This document shows, in pieces, positions 50,545 through 62,939 of a stretch of DNA of 64,000 nucleotides. Every line of letters begins with the position of its first letter. The stretch's first letter is position 1. The translations under genes and the position numbers were made by a program. The notes under the pieces were generated by a model. That model saw only the letters and a program-made list of their open reading frames with translations. It did no database searches and had not been told where the DNA came from. Origin of the DNA: Octopus sinensis (Eukaryota); contig NC_043021.1 in NCBI RefSeq assembly GCF_006345805.1, positions 15,686,001 to 15,750,000 of the forward strand, written 5' to 3'.

Positions 50545-53041
50545 AAAAGGATGTAGACAGGATTTTGGTAAAACTATATATTTTCATACTTTCATCCTAG
50601 GGATTCATGATGAATCCCTAAAAGGATGAAAGCATTAAATAAATAGATTTTCTTCAAACCCCAACTGTTTCCTTTTGCTTAATACATGAAATTTGTACAC
50701 CACTTCAAACTATCTATACATACATATATATATATAGATAGATAGATATGCCACATAAAAAGCACCCAGTATACTCCGTAAAGTGGTTGGCATTAGGAAA
50801 GGGTCCAGCTGTAGAAACCAACCCAAATCAGACTGGGATCTGGTACAACAGCTTCTCAGGTCTTGTCAAACCATCCAGCCAATGCTAGAAGGGAAAACAG
50901 ATGTTAAAGGGTGAGGGTGATCATCAAGGGTAAAAGAGCCTCTTCAGTCATGTGTGACCATGGGATTGCACCTAGAAAGTTACCCTCCGAGGCACAAGTC
51001 CTGGCAAGGTTGTCTTTATGGAAGACCAGCAGTCGTCCATGCATACCAGCCTCCCCTCTCCATACCACTGGTGTAATCCAAGGGAAAGGCAAAGGGGCCA
51101 ATACAGCTTGACACCTGTGACATCGCAACTTGCTTCTAAAGCCGAGTGAACTGGAGTAACGTGAAGTAAAGTGTCTTGCTCAAGAACACAACACACAGCC
51201 CAGTCAGGGAATCAAACTCACTACCTCACGATTGTGAGCCCAACACTCTAACCACTCTGAGTCATGTGTCTTCACTCTTCTACATTAATATGGTGTCTAC
51301 TGATTCCCATGTGGTTTATCATTCATGTGGCTCACACACACACATATACAATGTCTATTAGCAGCTTTCCACTATATCTGAGGTCTTTATCATATGTCAT
51401 TAAGCACTGAGTTTGGTGGTTGTTTCTGGTTATAGTGAATAAACTTATTTACGAACCATCAATGTTTTCATGTTGCACATCTCTATTTTCACTCTAGACT
51501 AGCTACCCAGCTTAAACATACCATCAGGACCAAAACACCACTGCACTGACCTATTATGGCAGCATCATTTTAATGTCCACTTTTCCATGTTTTCACCTGC
51601 ATGGGTCAAGTGGAATTGTGCTGTGGCAAATTTTCAATGGCTGGATGCACTTCCTGTTGTCAACCCTTATTTCCCTAATCACCAAACATCACATGGTACC
51701 AAGGCAAGGAGATAGTCTCATACACACACATATATATATACATGTGTTTGTGTGCAGGGAATGGCATTGGACATTTTGCAGATCTTTAGCTTGATTTCAT
51801 GGCACCCCCACATTTCTGAGCCTGTGACCCATATCGGTACTGGACATCTTGCCCTGGAGACGCTCTCTAAAGTATTGCGCAAGCCTTGTGGGACCTTAAA
51901 ATTTTGGGTTACACAAACACCAAGGAATTTAATTTCTGGTGCCCTGTTGAGCAGGAGGATATTGCAGCGAGTGTGGAATACACAGGCACAAACCCTGGGG
52001 AAGCTGACCGTGGGTGCAGTAGCCTCATGCACAGACATTGCTGACATTTTGCATGAGAAGTGGTCAGTGATGGTCTTCCTCAGTCACAAGTGGACAGTCA
52101 TCATCCATATGCTACTAAGACTCTGCGAATGCTTGCATGCATGTCTGTAATTAGATAGAGCCAAATCGGCACATAATGGGAAAGTACTCTGAAAGTAAGG
52201 TACCCCTGAAATGTGAACACAAATGGAATAAAACAAGTTTCATGTAAATCAGACCACAGATTCCCAAGATACACAGTTTTTTTGTTTTTTTTCATACCTT
52301 CATAAATAGCCTAAATGCTTAATAATAATGGGAAAATACTTCGAAAGTAGCATAACCCAGAAATAGGAATACAAATGGAATAAAGCAAGTTTGGCATAAA
52401 TCAGAACACAGGTTTCCCCGAGATATATGGTTTTTTTCAGGTACGATTAATAAATAGCAAAAATGGTACATAATGGGAAAAACTGTTTTGGAAAATGAGT
52501 ATTTATTTTAAAATTAATTTAAGCAGAAAATAGTTTCATCTTTTTACAAAAGATTTTTTAGCAAAGTAATTTCTTTAAAAAGAATTCTAAAAAAAAAAAA
52601 AATAACTTCCTTCAAATTTTTGTAAATAAAACCAGTTTTTCATTAACTTTGCAACTTTTTAAGCAGAAAAATCTGTCAGATGAAACAGTCAAATATCCAT
52701 AGAGATATGGAAAAAGGAATTTACAGAAAAATCTGTTGGCCAGCCGACAGTTTTCTGTAAATTATCCTGTCCATGCTATATTATTAGCATTCTCCTGCAT
52801 TTGAGAATAAAATTATTTCCATCTTTCAATACATCTCAACGCTTCTAAAGTAAACTTTGTTGACTTTCAACCTAAGTTGAATTTAATATATATATATATA
52901 TAAAATATATTTAATATATATATTTAAAATAATAAGGGTGAAAAATTAAATATTAATTTGATTAATATCAATTTAAAACCAGTGGTCTAGCATATTGAAA
53001 AGTCTGAAGTTTCAGAAAAAATTATATTACATACATATAAG

Positions 53042-53173
53042 GGGATGACCTGTAAGTGGACATACATTATGCTAGAAGAAGATCCACTATGGTCTTACCA
53101 CATTCCTTTCTTAGGTGTAAGACCATAGCAGATGTTCTTCTAGCATAATGGATGTCCACTTACAGGTCATCCC
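53042..53173. repeat. 57-bp inverted repeat, 18-nt loop
   Basis: 53042-53098 versus 53117-53173, 4 mismatches. Confidence 0.9.
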
Positions 53174-53309
53174 TCTTAAATGTATATATATATAACTTAT
53201 AAATAAGGGCAAACGAAAAAATTTCTAATGCCAAATATGCCGAAAATTGGACATATTGTCCATTTACCATATAAGTTTTTTCCCAGTACGCACGCTACTC
53301 CTACATTAA

Positions 53310-53340
<31 letters not shown>

Positions 53341-53843
53341 TAGAAAAAAAACACCTTTTATCAATTCAAAATGAATAATTAAATTACACCATCTAGAAAA
53401 TTACATATAATAGAAAAGTTAAAATTAAAATAACAATTAAAAAGTAAAGGTTAAGTAAATTACAAAAATAATATAATGTATTATATTATTCAATTTTTCA
53501 ATTTCCATCTCCAAAATTCACATGCAAAGGCTTTGGTCAGCCTGGTTCTTTCGTAGAAGACACTTGCCCAATGGGTCGTGCAACAAGGCAGAACCTGAAA
53601 CCATGTAAATAGGAAACAAAGTTTTTACCACACAGCCACACCTGTGGACTATACCAAACACCTATGCACCAATCAGGAGTTTCTTATAAAAACCTACTTT
53701 CACTGCTTGCAATAGTTACTATGCCCCAAGCAGTCAACAAAATGTTTTGCTTGATTTGTAAAGGAGGGTGGGGGCTATTATTAGTTTTTTTTCTTTTGCT
53801 TAATATTGTTTTTCTCATTTGTGTTTTCCTTTCTTTCTTTCAG

Positions 53844-54574
53844 TGAATCCCCATAAAGGAAGTGATTTGAAGGCTGCCGACGTCACCAACCCATGGGCAA
53901 CAACTAACAACTGGTCCGCACCATCGTCGTCTGCCCCGTCTTCTGCATCCACGAACCCATTCCTTGCAAACCCCGCTGTGAATGGCGTGCCTTTTGCCAA
54001 CGACAGGCTACCGACCGGCGCCGCCCACCTTTCCCGCGCCCCGCAACTGACCCATTTGCGCAGCCATTCCATAGACACGTGTGAACTACTGACCAACGGC
54101 CGACAGGCGAACCGCAAGCCGACCCTGCACGAGTTGGCCAACCAGCAGCGAAGCTTTCAGCACAGCAATAACAACAACAATAACAACAACAACAACAACG
54201 GCTGGGGGCCGAGCGTGGATGCTGCCAGCAATAAAACGTTAAGGGCAGCCGTCGGCGTCGGCGGGAGCGGCGGGAGCGGCGGTGGCGCGCCGACGACGCA
54301 GATGCCTCCATCCTCCAGCAAAGCTACTGCTGCCGCTGCCGCTGCCCCTACTGCTACCTCGGTGAGCAGCAGCAGCAACAGCAACAGCAGCAGCAGGCTG
54401 ACAGCACTGTCCTCATCCAACAGAAGCTCACACAACTCCTCGCCACACATAGATCCGTTCGACGTGGCGTGGGCCGCGAAAGCAGCCAGCCTCCAGGCTA
54501 ACAACCCTTTCCAAGGCCCTCACCAGCTCTCAGCGCAGGCTGACAAAGAAAAGACTTTCCAAGTACAATTATAG
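53844..54574 (+). CDS. numb: Numb terminal coding exon with NPW, NPF, DPF and NPF motifs and FQVQL C-terminus
   Basis: Acceptor ttctttctttcag at 53843, open frame to TAG at 54572-54574. Ends IDPFDVAWAAK...NNPFQ...KTFQVQL*, the typical Numb C-terminus. CpG-rich, with poly-Asn, poly-Ala and poly-Ser runs. Confidence 0.96.
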
Positions 54575-55440
54575 ATAGATAGTTGATTTATTTACCTTTC
54601 CCCCCACCCTCCCCACAATCCCCTTCCCCACTTCTTACCCTCTTTTATTTTTTATTTCAATTTTTTTTTTTTTTTTGAAATTGTCTTTTTCCTCAGAATT
54701 TCTATTTATTTATTTTTTTTTTCTACACTCATTTCCGGGGGAAAAAAAAAATGTTACCAAACAAATTTTTTTTTTTTTTTTTTTCTGAATTTCTATTAAT
54801 TTCAATTTTTTTTTTTTTTATTAAATTTATAAATATATATTTTTTTTTTAAATAAACAAACAAACAAACAAAGTTGGTGGGGAGAAAAAAAACAATAAAG
54901 AAAAAAAACAAATTACAAATTTTTAAAATATTACACAAGAAAAATAAATAAAGAAAAAAGGAATAAAAAAAAGCCCAGTGTGGAGTGAAGAATCGATTTT
55001 AGCTATTTACAACTCCTCTTTGTCTCGAAAAAAATTCTTAAAACTTCTTCCTTATTTACCCACCATTACCACCACCACCACCATCTCCCCCACTACTTTC
55101 CTCCCATGTTTTTCTTTTCTCTCTACCCCCTCCTTCCTGACCTCATCCCTGTCTCTATCTCTCCTTTTCTATTTCTCTTTTTTCATTTTTTTTTTTTCAC
55201 AAAAATCCAAATCATGTACAAAATAATAATAATAATAATAAAGTTATATATAGAAATAAAAAATCCTTTTCATGTCAAACACAATGGAAACCATGTATAT
55301 GTAATTATTCTTTATTGCTCCCTCTTTTTTTTTTTTTTTGTCTGTCTGTTTGTCAGTCTCTCCCTCTTGAGGAAAAAAGGGACGAAAGGGTTATGTAAAT
55401 TCAGTCTTGCATGATTTTGTTTTTAAAAATCTTTTTTTTT
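54575..55440 (+). other. numb: Probable numb 3' UTR (end uncertain)
   Basis: Unique U/A-rich sequence after the stop codon, with several AATAAA hexamers (about 54894, 54945, 54962, 55255). Interrupted by a SINE at about 55445. Confidence 0.6.
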
Positions 55441-55444
55441 TTTA

Positions 55445-55826
55445 GGCAGGAGTGGCTGTGTGGTAAGTAGCTTGTTTACGAACCACATGGTTCCGGGTTC
55501 AGTCCGACTGTGTGGCACCTTGGGCAAGTGTCTTTTATAGCCTCGGGCCGACTAAAGCCTTGTGAGTGGATTTGGTAGACAGAAACTGAAAGAAGCCCAT
55601 CGTATATATGTATGTGTGTGTTTGTGTGTCTGTGTTTGTCCCCCTAGCATTGCTTGACAACTGATGCTGCTGTGTTTATGTCCCTGTTACTTAGCGGTTC
55701 GGCAAAAGAGACCGATAGAATAAGTACTGGGCTTACAAAAGAATAAGTCCTGGGGTCGAGTTGCTCGATTAAAGGCAGTGCTCCAGCATGGCTGCAGTTA
55801 AATGACTGAAACAAGTAAAAGAGAGA
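55445..55826 (+). mobile_element. CORE-type SINE, full length
   Basis: Head gcaggagtggctgtgtgg through to the aagtaaaagagag tail. Confidence 0.88.
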
Positions 55827-56339
55827 AATAGCTGTGTTGTAAGAAGTTTGCTTTCCAGTTGCATAGCTCTGGGTTCAATCCCACTGCATGGCACCTTGGG
55901 CTAGCACCTTTTATTACAGCCTCAGGCCAACCAAAGCCTTGTGAAGGGATTCGGTAGATGGAAACTGAAAGAATCCTGTCGAGTATTTGTGTGTATCTCA
56001 CCACTGCTTGACAACCAGTGTTGGTTTGTTCACATTCTTGTAACCTAGTCTATCAGTCTCTCCAAGATCACCAAGAAGCAGGCTTTAAAAGAAACTAAGT
56101 ACTAATGTCTATTTGTTCAACTGAAAGCCTTCAAGGTGGTGTTCCAGCATGGCCACAGGCAAATAACTGGAACAAGTCAGAGACAAAAGATCATGATTTC
56201 TTTATGTGCAAACGTGATTAATTATACATACATAATTAATTAACACATGCATGTGTAATATATTTATATTTTAGCTTTTGGTTGGGGTATTTATTTTTAA
56301 AACCAATTTTTTAATATTAATTCTCAAAATCTGGGCATA

Positions 56340-56845
56340 TATCTGTGTGTGTGTACATATACACACACACATATGTATGTGTATACACAATCGTGTGTTT
56401 ACACATGCATATATATATACACATACATGTGTATATCCTTATACATCTGTGTATATACATGTGGGTATACACACATACTTGTGTGCATACACACTCGCAT
56501 GTGTATGTGCATACACAAGTGTGTACATGTATATATACACACATATATATACACATATACATACACACATATACATACATATGTACATACACACATGTAC
56601 ATACATACACACACACATACATACATACATACACACACACATATACATATATACATACATACATATACATACATACACATGCATATATACACATACATAT
56701 ACATACATATATATACATATATATACATACATACGTACATACATACATATACATATATACATACATATACACATACACACATACATATATATACACATAC
56801 ATACATATATATACATATATATATATACATACATACATACATATA
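56340..56845. repeat. (CA/TA)n compound microsatellite
   Basis: Directly visible. Confidence 0.95.
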
Positions 56846-56849
56846 AGGT

Positions 56850-56931
56850 GTCATTGTGACCGAGTGGTTAAGGTGATGGACTAGAAATCCATTGGGGTCT
56901 CCCCGCCTAGGTTCGAATCCTATCAGCGACA
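56850..56931 (+). pseudogene. tRNA-Ser(AGA)-derived copy heading a composite repeat
   Basis: 82 nt, anticodon arm ATGGA-CTAGAAA-TCCAT, long variable arm GGGG-TCT-CCCC. Mismatches in the acceptor and T stems. Confidence 0.8.
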
Positions 56932-58230
56932 TTGATATTTTGGCCGATGCCAGTACCGCCTTGACTGGCTTCTGTGCTTGTGGCATGTAAAATGCACCAA
57001 CTGATCATGGCCATTGCCAGCCTCCCCTGGCACGTAAAAAGCACCCACTACACTCATGGAGTGGTTGGCGTTAGGAAGGGCATCCAGCTGTAGAAACACT
57101 GCCAGATCAGACTGGAGCCTGGTGCAGCCGCCTGGTATCCCAGACCCCGGTCAAACCGTCCAACCCATGCTAGCATGGAAAACGGACATTAAACGATGAT
57201 AATGATGATGATATACACATGTGTGTATGCACACATATACACATGATTAACTCTTTCATCCATACAACTCCATATGAAAAGACTCATCAAAGAAAAGCTA
57301 TGAGTGTATTGAAGCCTATATGCTTCAGTAAATGTACGTCAATTTGCTCTACTCCTGCAGGTCATCACTTTGGTTTTAACCCCAGAAACTGTCACTCCAC
57401 CAGTTACAACAAAAAGGGTTCCAATTGTCTTGACTGATGGACCAGTATAACATTCAAGTGGCTGAGTACTCCACAGATACGTATACCCTTAAAACCCTTT
57501 AGTGTTTAAACCGGCCATATTAGGCCAAAATTGTCTTCCTGTTTTATGCTCAAACCAGCCAGCTCTGACCTCTCACACCTACCCTACAAAGTCATTCTAA
57601 AAATAAACAGAGGCATCATCAATATCCCAGAGTTACAAGATGCTGTACAATTAATTTAAAACAATGTAATTAAACAGGCTTTACATTTGACAGAGTAATC
57701 TGAATGCTAAAGGGTTAATGTAGTTCACAGGGAAATTCAGCATGACACAATATTTTCTACTCTAGGAACAAGTCCCAAAATTTTGGGGGAGGGGACCAGT
57801 CGATTAGATCGACCTTTATCGACCCTGAAAGGATGAAAGGCAAAGTCGACCTCGGCGGAATTTGAACTCACAACATAAAGACAGACGAAATACTGCTAAG
57901 CATTTTGCCCAATGTGCTAACATTTCTGCCAGCTCACCACCTTCAGCATGACACGGAATGCGACAAGGCTGGACCCTGTTGAATTACAGGTATAACTCGT
58001 TTTCGCCACCGAGTGCACTGGAGCCATGTGAAATAAAGTGTCTTGCTCAAGAGCATCACATGCCACCAGGAATTGAACTCGTGACGTAACGATTCTGAGC
58101 TGAATAGTCGAACCACTAAGCTGCACACACACATTCACAACCACACAACAAGGATATTGTTTGAAACAGACCTGATCAATCTAATAAAGTTAAATTTAAC
58201 CTGATCTAACCCTTTAGCATTTAGATGACT

Positions 58231-59162
58231 CTTATTTCTTTATTGCCCACAGGGGGCTAAACACAGAGGGGACAAACAAGGACAGACAAAGGTATTAAGT
58301 CGATTACATTGACCCCAGTGCATAACTGGTACTTAATTTATCAAGTCCGAAAGGATGAAAGGCAAGGTCGACCTCGGCAGAATTTGAACCCAGAACGTAA
58401 CAGCAGATGAAATACCTATTTCTTTACTTACCCACAAGGGGCTAAACACAGAGGGGACAGACAAATGGATTAAGTCAATTACATCGACCTCAGTGCATAA
58501 CCGGTACTTAATTTATCGACCCCCGAAAGGATGAAAGGCAAAGTCGACCTTGGCGGAATTTGAACCCAGAACGTAGCGGCAGACAAAATACCTATTTCTT
58601 TACTATCCACAAGGGGCTAAACACAGAGGGGACAAACAAGGACAGACAAACGGATTAAGTTGATTACATTGACCCCAGTGCGTAACTGGTACTTAATTTT
58701 TCGAGTCCGAAAGGATGAAAGGCAAAGTCGACCTCGGCGGAATTTGAACTCAGAACATAACAGCAGACAAAATACCTATTTCTTTTCTACCTACAAGGGG
58801 CTAAACACAGAGGGGACAGACAAACGGATTAAGTCAATTACATCGACCTCAGTGCGTAACTGGTACTTAATTTATCAAGTCCGAAAGGATGAAAGGCAAA
58901 GTCGACCTCGGCGGAATTTGAACCCAGAACATAACGGCAGACGAAATACCTGTTTCTTTACTACCCACAAGGGGCTAAACATAGAGGGGACAGACAAACA
59001 GATTAAGTCGATTACATCGACCCCAGTGCGTAACTGGTACTCAATTTATCTAGTCCAAAACGATGAAAGGCAAAGTCGACCCCGGCGGAATTTGAACCCA
59101 GAACGTAATACCGCTAAGCATTTCACCCGGCGTTGCTAATGTTTCTGCCAGCTCGCCGCCTT
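58231..59162 (-). repeat. Tandem array of five second-family SINE units (174-184 bp)
   Basis: Unit starts at 58231, 58415, 58591, 58775 and 58949. Only the last unit carries the tRNA head. Confidence 0.9.
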
Positions 59163-59375
59163 ATCCTTATTTATTCACAGTTTTGCATTAATCATGGATT
59201 ATCTCATAGCTCGGTTTGTGTGGACGGATGGATGGATGGAGTGAGGAAAGCTTTGGTGGTTAGAGTTGTTGGACTAAGAGAAGCAAGAGAGTTTATAAAT
59301 GATTGGAAAGCTTGAGTGGATTGAAGTTGCTCAATGGGGTATACACATGTGTATATACATGCGCATCTGTATGTG

Positions 59376-59406
<31 letters not shown>

Positions 59407-59670
59407 TATATTAAATTAGAGATAAAACCACTATTAGGCAAATCAAACAATGAAAAACAAGCCAATACATAAAATTAATTTAATTTATATTATTTTAAAT
59501 ATATATCAAAAGTATTAAAAGTTTAACAAAAGATAAAGAGTAAAACACTACGATCGTTTCATGGCTGTACAATTTGAATTCAATTAATAATTCAAGTTAT
59601 GGTTACAGTCAATCTTCAGGTTAATTGAAATATCTAAAAAATAATCAGAAATATTTAATATATATAAGGT

Positions 59671-59752
59671 GTCATCATGGCCAAGTGGTTAAGGTGATGG
59701 ACTAGAAATCCATTGGGGTCTCCCCGCATAGGTTTGAATCCTATCGGCGACT
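59671..59752 (+). pseudogene. tRNA-Ser(AGA)-derived copy 2
   Basis: Same 82-nt sequence with CpG-type decay (GTCATCA acceptor strand, TTTGAAT T loop) and the same downstream repeat as copy 1. Confidence 0.8.
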
Positions 59753-60469
59753 TTGATATTTTGGCCAATGCCAGTGCCGCCTTGACTGGCTTCCGTGCTT
59801 GTGGCATGTAAAAAGCACCAACTGATCATGGCCGTTGCCAGCCTCCCCTGGCACGTAAAAAGCACCCACTACACTCACGGCTTGATGCAGCGGGGTAAAC
59901 CAGCATATGCTGATATTAGGGGTTGCTTTTTATGCCTTGACCTGAGCATAAGACGGGGCTTGCCTCTTTGAGCTGGGAAATGAATGGAATGCCTGGTGTG
60001 TGTTTTGTTGTGGCTGCCCCCTCCTATGGGGAATAGGCCTTGGTAAATTAAAATCTCACAGCTTCAAGATTTTGGTGATGTGTTTGTTTATTTTTAGAAT
60101 AAAATTGTAGTATAGGTGTGAAAGGCCAGATCCAGCTTCCCACACCTACTCTACAATATCATTCTAAAATTAAATCCTCTTCAAATCTTAAAGCTACAAG
60201 ATAATGCATGATTAATTCAAAACATTGTGAACAAATAAGCAGATCATTTGACAGAGTAATCTGAACGCTGTAGGGTTAAGCATAAAACAGGTAGACTATC
60301 TCACCCTGAAATGGCAATTTTAAATGCTAAATGGTTAAAGAATACCTGTTCTGAAACAATTCCAGTAATTCTATTTGTACAGGTCGACAAAACACAAGAA
60401 CACATGAACTGAGCAGATAGCATTATGTGACTCACTCTACTTAGTAATATCACAAGTATATATATAGAG

Positions 60470-60610
60470 AATACCAAATGAGTTCCCTATGGATACCGTA
60501 TTTATTACGAGTGGCTTGTAAACGTATCTAACTCGCTTTTGCTCGTTAGATACGTTTACAAGCCACGAATTGTAATAAATACGGTATCCATAGGGAATGA
60601 GTTTGGTATT
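60470..60610. repeat. About 63-bp inverted repeat, 12-nt loop, part of a longer probable DNA element extending to about 60900
   Basis: 60470-60532 versus 60545-60610. Confidence 0.88.
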
Positions 60611-61129
60611 TTATTTATTACACACGAATAAACGACCATATTTTAATAACCCAATAACTAAATTCTTCACATCGTGTTGAAGCACGCATGAATACAGCTT
60701 GATTTCACGTCAGTGACGTCACAATGTGTAACTGTAAAAGATGTCATGCCGCAGGAAGATAGTCCAACTTTATATCGCTAGTTGTAACTTATGAATGACA
60801 AAAGTAGTGCCGTCACCGTGACCTCGGGTCATCACCATGGATTGACCAATCAGAAGCAGCGCTTGCAGTATCTGACATATGTTAGATACCAAAAATATCT
60901 CAAAGTGTTCTCACTCACATGTCATCATCATCATCATCATCATTTAGCGTCCGTTCTCCATGCTAGCATGGGTTGGACGGTTCAACTGGGGTCTGTGAAG
61001 CTGGAAGGCTTCATCAGGCCCAGTCAGATCTGGCAGTGTTTCTACGGCTGGATGCCCTTCCTAAAGCCAACCACTCCGTGAGTGTAGTGGGTGCTTTTTA
61101 CGTGCCACCTGCATGTGTGTAATAAATAT

Positions 61130-61916
61130 ATATTCTGAATGCCTTACTTCCCTGGGCATGGACACATTGAAACTCCGACATCTGGCAGCTGACTTGGCAG
61201 ACACCCATAAAATTATCAACCATCTTACAAACAATAACTCTGAGCACCTTTTCAAACTCCACCCGTCTAACACCTGTGGACATATTTACAAAGTCAGAAA
61301 ACAGCACAGCTCCCATGACTTTAGGAAACATTTTTTTCACGCTGAGAGTTGCTGAAGCATGGAACAAACTGCCAGCATCAGTTGTTAGTTGTCGGAGCAC
61401 TGCATCCTTCAAAACTTCCATGCTTCCTGAGATTCGCCAACACTACACCTGATTTCCTCCTCTCCATACACACACAAGCATGTATCTGACTCATACATTG
61501 ACTTGGCAGACACCCATAAAATTATCAACCATCTTACAAACAATAACTCTGAGCACCTTTTCAAACTCCACCCGTCTAACACCTGTGGACATATTTACTA
61601 AGTCAGAAAACAGAACAGCTCCCATGACTTTAGGAAACATTTTTTCATGCTGAGAGTTGCTGAAGCATGGAACAAACTGCTGGCATCAGTTGTTAGTTGT
61701 CGGAGCACTGCATCCTTCAAAACTTCCATGCTTCCTGAGATTTGCCAACACTACACCTGATTTCCTCCCCTCCATACACACACAAGCATGTATCTGACTC
61801 ATATATTGTTCGCTTTCCAGACATTTGTACATTACTGCATGTACTTTATACACACTTTCTGACAAGTCGTGGTGCACCTGAGCACTGTATACAATAATTT
61901 CATTATTATTATTATT
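61130..61916 (+). mobile_element. CR1/L2-type LINE 3' end with internal 310-bp tandem duplication
   Basis: Encodes ...LRHLAADLADTHKII...RKHFFTLRVAEAWNKLPASVV..SFK, typical of the CR1 ORF2 C-terminus. Ends in an (ATT)n tail. Confidence 0.85.
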
Positions 61917-62939
61917 ATATAAAGAAAAATAAATAAACCACAGTGCATAGAATACGATTATAATGATGAAGCCAAATGCCTAGTGATACAGCTGGATGTA
62001 GCAGACATGACAGCATTGTAACCTTAAGATTCAGAATTTACCTGAAGGACAACCGATGCTGGTGTGTTTGCATCCCTGTAACTTAGCGGTTTGGCAAAAG
62101 AGACCGATAGAATAAGTACTAGACTTACAAAGAATAAGTCCTTGGTTTGATTCGTTCGACTAGAGGCAGTGCTCCAGCATGGTCACAGTCAAATGACTGG
62201 AACAATTAAAAAAGAAAGATGTATATATGTGTGTGTGTGTGTATATACATGTACACAGATACAGGATGCATTCGACACTTGTTAGGATTTAGATATTTGC
62301 ATTGGAAGTTGTTCCGCTTAGGCCTGCATTACTAAAAGTTTCACAGACACAAACGTATTATCTCATTGTTTAGATATGGAGTTTTATGAGTGCTGGATGC
62401 CTTAAAAGGCACACACAATTTCATTATTATTATTGCACACACACACACATACATTCAATTAGGACCAACTTGAGGTTAAACAACAGTAATAATCTAAATA
62501 AAATACGAATGAACATGGATGTCACTATATGGTCATCTTAAATGCTAGAAATAACAGCCAAATCTCATTCAATCCACACTGTACCATCCTAAAAGGAAAG
62601 GGAAAACTAAGTTTATAAAGTCCTTGATATATAAAAAAACACAGGTTAATTATGGGTACCTGGGACACACCAATAAATGTACATTAACTTAGTGAGTTCT
62701 TTTCAGCTTTACCATACAAATATGGTGAAGGCTAAGCTGCGCTGATGAGGTCAGAATAACTCTGAAACAAGTCCCAAGATGCTTTGACCAAACAAACCGT
62801 GATGAATTAAGTTCCGGCCATGATCATCTTGTCCTTTTGCATGCTGTCCAATATATTTTCTATTTAAAATAATGTTGTATGAAGGAGAGGAAAAAAGGCT
62901 CTTAAATTGAGCAGATGGAGTGGCTTCAAAACAGAGAAC

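Noticed and set aside
51752-52150. 132-aa ORF in the last numb intron as a cassette exon
   Set aside because: No Numb similarity and no convincing donor. The flanking exons already join in phase.
53815-54504. Antisense ORFs overlapping the last exon
   Set aside because: Shadow frames of a GC-rich, low-complexity coding exon.
53-56986. Numerous long ORFs rich in I, Y, C, V, M, H and T, and the poly-I/L/N ORFs at 26324-26999
   Set aside because: They are translations of (TA)n, (CA)n and (TAT)n microsatellites, which lack stop codons in some frames.
56850-59752. Functional tRNA-Ser genes
   Set aside because: Both copies have mismatches in the acceptor stem and T arm, and run into a repeat instead of a poly-T terminator.
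62742-62773. Plus-strand hammerhead core CTGATGA...GAAAC-AA-GTC
   Set aside because: Stem II and helix I barely pair, and a competing TCAGA/TCTGA hairpin sequesters G12-A13. At most a dead remnant.
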